DNA from: an uncultured Planctomycetaceae bacterium
GTDB taxonomy: Bacteria; Planctomycetota; Planctomycetia; Pirellulales; JAEUIK01
Length of the DNA: 51,228 bases
Direction: 5' to 3'
Assembly (NCBI GenBank): GCA_964495375.1
Contig: CAZBWM010000002.1
Coordinates: 137,780 to 189,007, forward strand
Both the position numbers and the translations under genes were made by a program. This document shows positions 49,024-51,228 of the stretch, in pieces. Below the pieces are notes generated by a model, which saw only the letters and a list, made by a program, of their open reading frames with translations, was not told the origin of the DNA and made no database searches. Position 1 is the stretch's first letter; every line of letters begins with the position of its first letter.

Positions 49024-50136
49024 CTACAAGAGGTTGACCACGCGGTTGGTCAGGCCCTGCTCGCCTAGCACCACGTTGAGCTTGGCGCTGGTTGCCACCC
49101 TTTCCAGAACTTCCAGCTCGCGCAGGCGCATGAGCGTCGGGTTGTCCTGCAGCAGCCGAGCCGTGTTGGCCTGGCTGCGGATGGCGGCTGTTTCCTCGCG
49201 ACGGACAATGAGGTTGGCCTCGGCGGCTTTCTTTGCCTCCGTGACCTTGTTCATCAGGTCCTTCATCTCGCCCGGCAAGATTACGTCGCGGACGCCAATC
49301 GTGATCAGTTCCAGACCAAGCGCCTTGGCGCGCGGCCGGACGATCTCTGCCAGTTCGGTGGCAACGGCATCCTTGTCGGTCAGGAACGTATCCAGTTCCC
49401 GAGCGCCAACCACGGCGCGCAGGGCAAGCTGCGCCTCGCGGTACAACGCCTGCTTGGCGTCTTCCGCCGTGCTGACCGCAGCCCGAGCATCGACCACACG
49501 ATAGGTCACCACGGCATTCATCCGCAGCGTGACCTTATCGGCCGTCATGATGTCCTGACCGCTGACGTCGAACATCGCTTCACGCATGTCCTCCTGAACG
49601 AACTTGACTTGCGCCATGTTCTTCCAGAAGGCGTATCGACCTGGCGGCAACGTGGCGACATACTCGCCGTCGATTGTCAGTACGCCCTGGTGGTAGGGCT
49701 CAACCGTGGCCAGGTCGAGCACGCGGTCAACCAACGCCGAACGCGTGATGACCGGCAGGTCCTTGTGCTCGAAGCGCACGCTCCGCGCGTCGACCACTTC
49801 GACCTTCACCTCCTTGAGCGCCGTCCAGTAAGCGTACAGCCCCGGCGGCAGGATGTGGCTGAAGCGGCCTTCAATCCAGACCAGCGCCCGCTCGTAGTCC
49901 TTCAGGTCGAGGACCACGGCGCGGTCCTTGAGCGCACCCGACTTCACGATTACGTCGAGCTTTTCGTGCACGAGCCACGGCTCGCGCAGCGAAACCACGT
50001 CGACCTTCACTTTGCTGAGCGGGTCGAGGAACCAGTGCCGTCCACGACCCAAGAGGCCCTTGAATTCTCCGTCGCGGAAGCAGAGACCCATCTCGTAGTC
50101 GCGGATCTTGAAAGTCTTGATGATGAAGATGTTCAT
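49024..50136 (-). CDS. SPFH/band-7 domain protein
   Basis: Start ATG 50136 with GGGAGG RBS gives MNIFIIKTFKIRDYEMGL.... Two consecutive SPFH-like segments and a C-terminal coiled-coil. Confidence 0.8.
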   Translation of the reverse strand: MNIFIIKTFKIRDYEMGLCFRDGEFKGLLGRGRHWFLDPLSKVKVDVVSLREPWLVHEKLDVIVKSGALKDRAVVLDLKDYERALVWIEGRFSHILPPGLYAYWTALKEVKVEVVDARSVRFEHKDLPVITRSALVDRVLDLATVEPYHQGVLTIDGEYVATLPPGRYAFWKNMAQVKFVQEDMREAMFDVSGQDIMTADKVTLRMNAVVTYRVVDARAAVSTAEDAKQALYREAQLALRAVVGARELDTFLTDKDAVATELAEIVRPRAKALGLELITIGVRDVILPGEMKDLMNKVTEAKKAAEANLIVRREETAAIRSQANTARLLQDNPTLMRLRELEVLERVATSAKLNVVLGEQGLTNRVVNLL

Positions 50137-50534
50137 GAGTGTTGCCTCCCCGACGCGTCCTTGCCGAGCCAGAGCCTGAAAAAGTTGGACGCAGAATTCG
50201 TTGAACTGGTTCGCGATCAAAAAAAAGGCCGTTGGGGGCGAAGCAATACGTCGGCCCCACATCCGTATGCGGAGCTTGCTTGAGCCCGCGCTATCCAAGG
50301 CGATGATTTGGCTCGGCCGAATGCATTGCATGGGCTGAACACCCATGCGCAGCAACCGGCGTCGGTTCGTCGTTGCCGAGGACTTGCGCGAGCGGCATCT
50401 GCGCGCTGCAGAGCACCGCGAGTGTGTTGCCGCCGACATGCCCGTCGTGCGGCGCTTTCGCGCCGCGCCGGCGACGTACCAGTGGCAGACCTTCGTTTGC
50501 CCGCCCCCGCGGGCTTCGTTGGTGGCGTTCTCAC

Positions 50535-50610
50535 GCCGGGACGGGAGTCGAACCCGTTACAGCCAGATTCGCAGTCTGGTGCTCTACCGTTGAGCTACCC
50601 TCTCGGGCAT
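50535..50610 (-). other. tRNA-like element with intact D-, anticodon- and T-arms but a non-pairing acceptor stem
   Basis: Minus-strand D-arm GCTC-AACGGTA-GAGC, anticodon arm CCAGA-CTGCGAA-TCTGG (anticodon would be GCG), T-arm ACGGG-TTCGACT-CCCGT. The 5' GCCCGAG and 3' CCCGGCG do not pair. Confidence 0.4.
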
Positions 50611-50750
50611 TGTCGGTCGATGCAACCATCGTCAGAACCCAATCACGGAACACACTCGCGACAATCGCCTCTGCTAAAGGACGAGCAGCGGTGCGCCGCT
50701 GGAGCCGGCCGAACCAACCTTGCTTGAAACTCCTTGCCAATTCCTTTGAA

Positions 50751-50830
50751 AGACGCCGATGGGAGTCGAACCCACTAAGAACTGCAGACCACCGCTGCGC
50801 GGCGGTGCCCCAGGCAGTCGCCGCGCCGTC
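50751..50830 (-). other. degenerate tRNA-like remnant
   Basis: Only the T-arm (GTGGG-TTCGACT-CCCAT) and a near-complementary acceptor (GACGGCG/CGGCGTC) are recognisable. No D- or anticodon arm. Confidence 0.25.
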
Positions 50831-50853
50831 TGGCTCCAGCGTCAAATCGTCAA

Positions 50854-50927
50854 TGTCCTCGCCAGGAATCGAACCTGGTCCTCGACCTTCGCAGGGTCGC
50901 GTGCTTTCTCCTCCACACCCCAAGGAC
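50854..50927 (-). tRNA. probable tRNA, anticodon GCG by my fold (Arg)
   Basis: Acceptor GTCCTTG/CGAGGAC with one G·U pair. D-stem GTGT/GCAC. Anticodon arm CGACC-CTGCGAA-GGTCG. T-arm CCAGG-TTCGATT-CCTGG. 74 nt. The D-loop is atypical. Confidence 0.5.
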
Positions 50928-50938
50928 AATCGCGGCGA

Positions 50939-51228
50939 CTACGCATCGCCGCGTGGGTTTTCGTCGGACGCATCTCGCCGCGGCTCGACGTGCCGAACCG
51001 CATCCTTCGGCAGTTCGTTGCCGTAGATCACCGACAGGACCGCCGGCAGGTAGTTGTCCAACATCGATAGCGTCGTTCCGATCAGCCGCTCGATGATCTG
51101 ATCGTCCAATTCGTCGGCCGGCAGAATCTGAGCTGCCTGGAAGCGTAAGCTCCCCTCGTCGTAATCCAGCTCAAACTTGCCCACCATCAGACCAAAGTTG
51201 ATCCGTGCCACGGTCTCGGCGATTGCCG
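50939..51228 (-). CDS. hypothetical protein (possibly YbjN-like), N-terminus beyond window end
   Basis: ORF remains open to the window end: ...ARINFGLMVGKFELDYDEGSLRFQAAQILPADELDDQIIERLIGTTLSMLDNYLPAVLSVIYGNELP. Family guess is weak. Confidence 0.35.
   Translation of the reverse strand, partial: AIAETVARINFGLMVGKFELDYDEGSLRFQAAQILPADELDDQIIERLIGTTLSMLDNYLPAVLSVIYGNELPKDAVRHVEPRRDASDENPRGDA

Noticed and set aside
50535-50927. Plus-strand orientation for the three tRNA-like elements
   Set aside because: On the plus strand, the candidate T-loops read AGTCGAA/AATCGAA, which do not fit the T-Psi-C consensus. On the minus strand they give GGTTCGA(C/T)TCC and proper D-arms.

Overview
The window is a GC-rich (about 65%) chromosome segment that I infer to be from a Planctomycetota-like bacterium. 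Evidence for that inference: a giant secreted protein whose N-terminus carries the 'FEVLEARRVL' motif, an ECF sigma factor translationally coupled to a Ser/Thr kinase with WD40 repeats, PEP-CTERM proteins, a TMTC/DUF1736 membrane TPR protein, and H4MPT-pathway genes.

Ordinary genes supported by sequence motifs are nadD (5' partial), priA, a nagA-like amidohydrolase, a DUF326 Cys-rich protein, an iron-ADH/G1PDH-like protein, an APC amino-acid permease, a fumarylacetoacetate hydrolase (FAH)-family hydrolase and rnd. There are also two tandem lipoprotein SppA (S49) paralogs, a pabA/trpG-like amidotransferase next to a DUF447 protein and a beta-RFAP-synthase-like GHMP protein, and a ParE/RelE toxin with its antitoxin. 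Further along are a STAS anti-sigma antagonist plus RsbW-like kinase pair, tRNA-Asn, a 1948-aa metzincin/PPC/PKD/dockerin-like secreted protein followed by a PEP-CTERM protein, a di-heme cytochrome c and an SPFH protein.

The most notable locus is a compact selenium-utilisation cluster: cysteine desulfurase, selD, selB, selA and tRNA-Sec (anticodon UCA). Embedded in it is a divergently transcribed gene for a signal-peptide protein interrupted by a single in-frame TGA, which makes it a candidate undescribed selenoprotein or else a pseudogene. A second in-frame TGA interrupts the ECF-associated kinase. Nearby are a frameshifted PEP-CTERM gene and a truncated FtsX-like permease.

Other unexplained structure includes a ~950-bp non-coding region with a consensus sigma70 promoter, heptamer arrays and nested palindromes; a dispersed ~85-bp repeat at two loci; tandem repeats inside and upstream of genes; a MITE-like inverted-repeat structure after tRNA-Asn; and three tRNA-like elements at the 3' end, two of them non-canonical. 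No CRISPR array, rRNA or recognisable transposase was seen.
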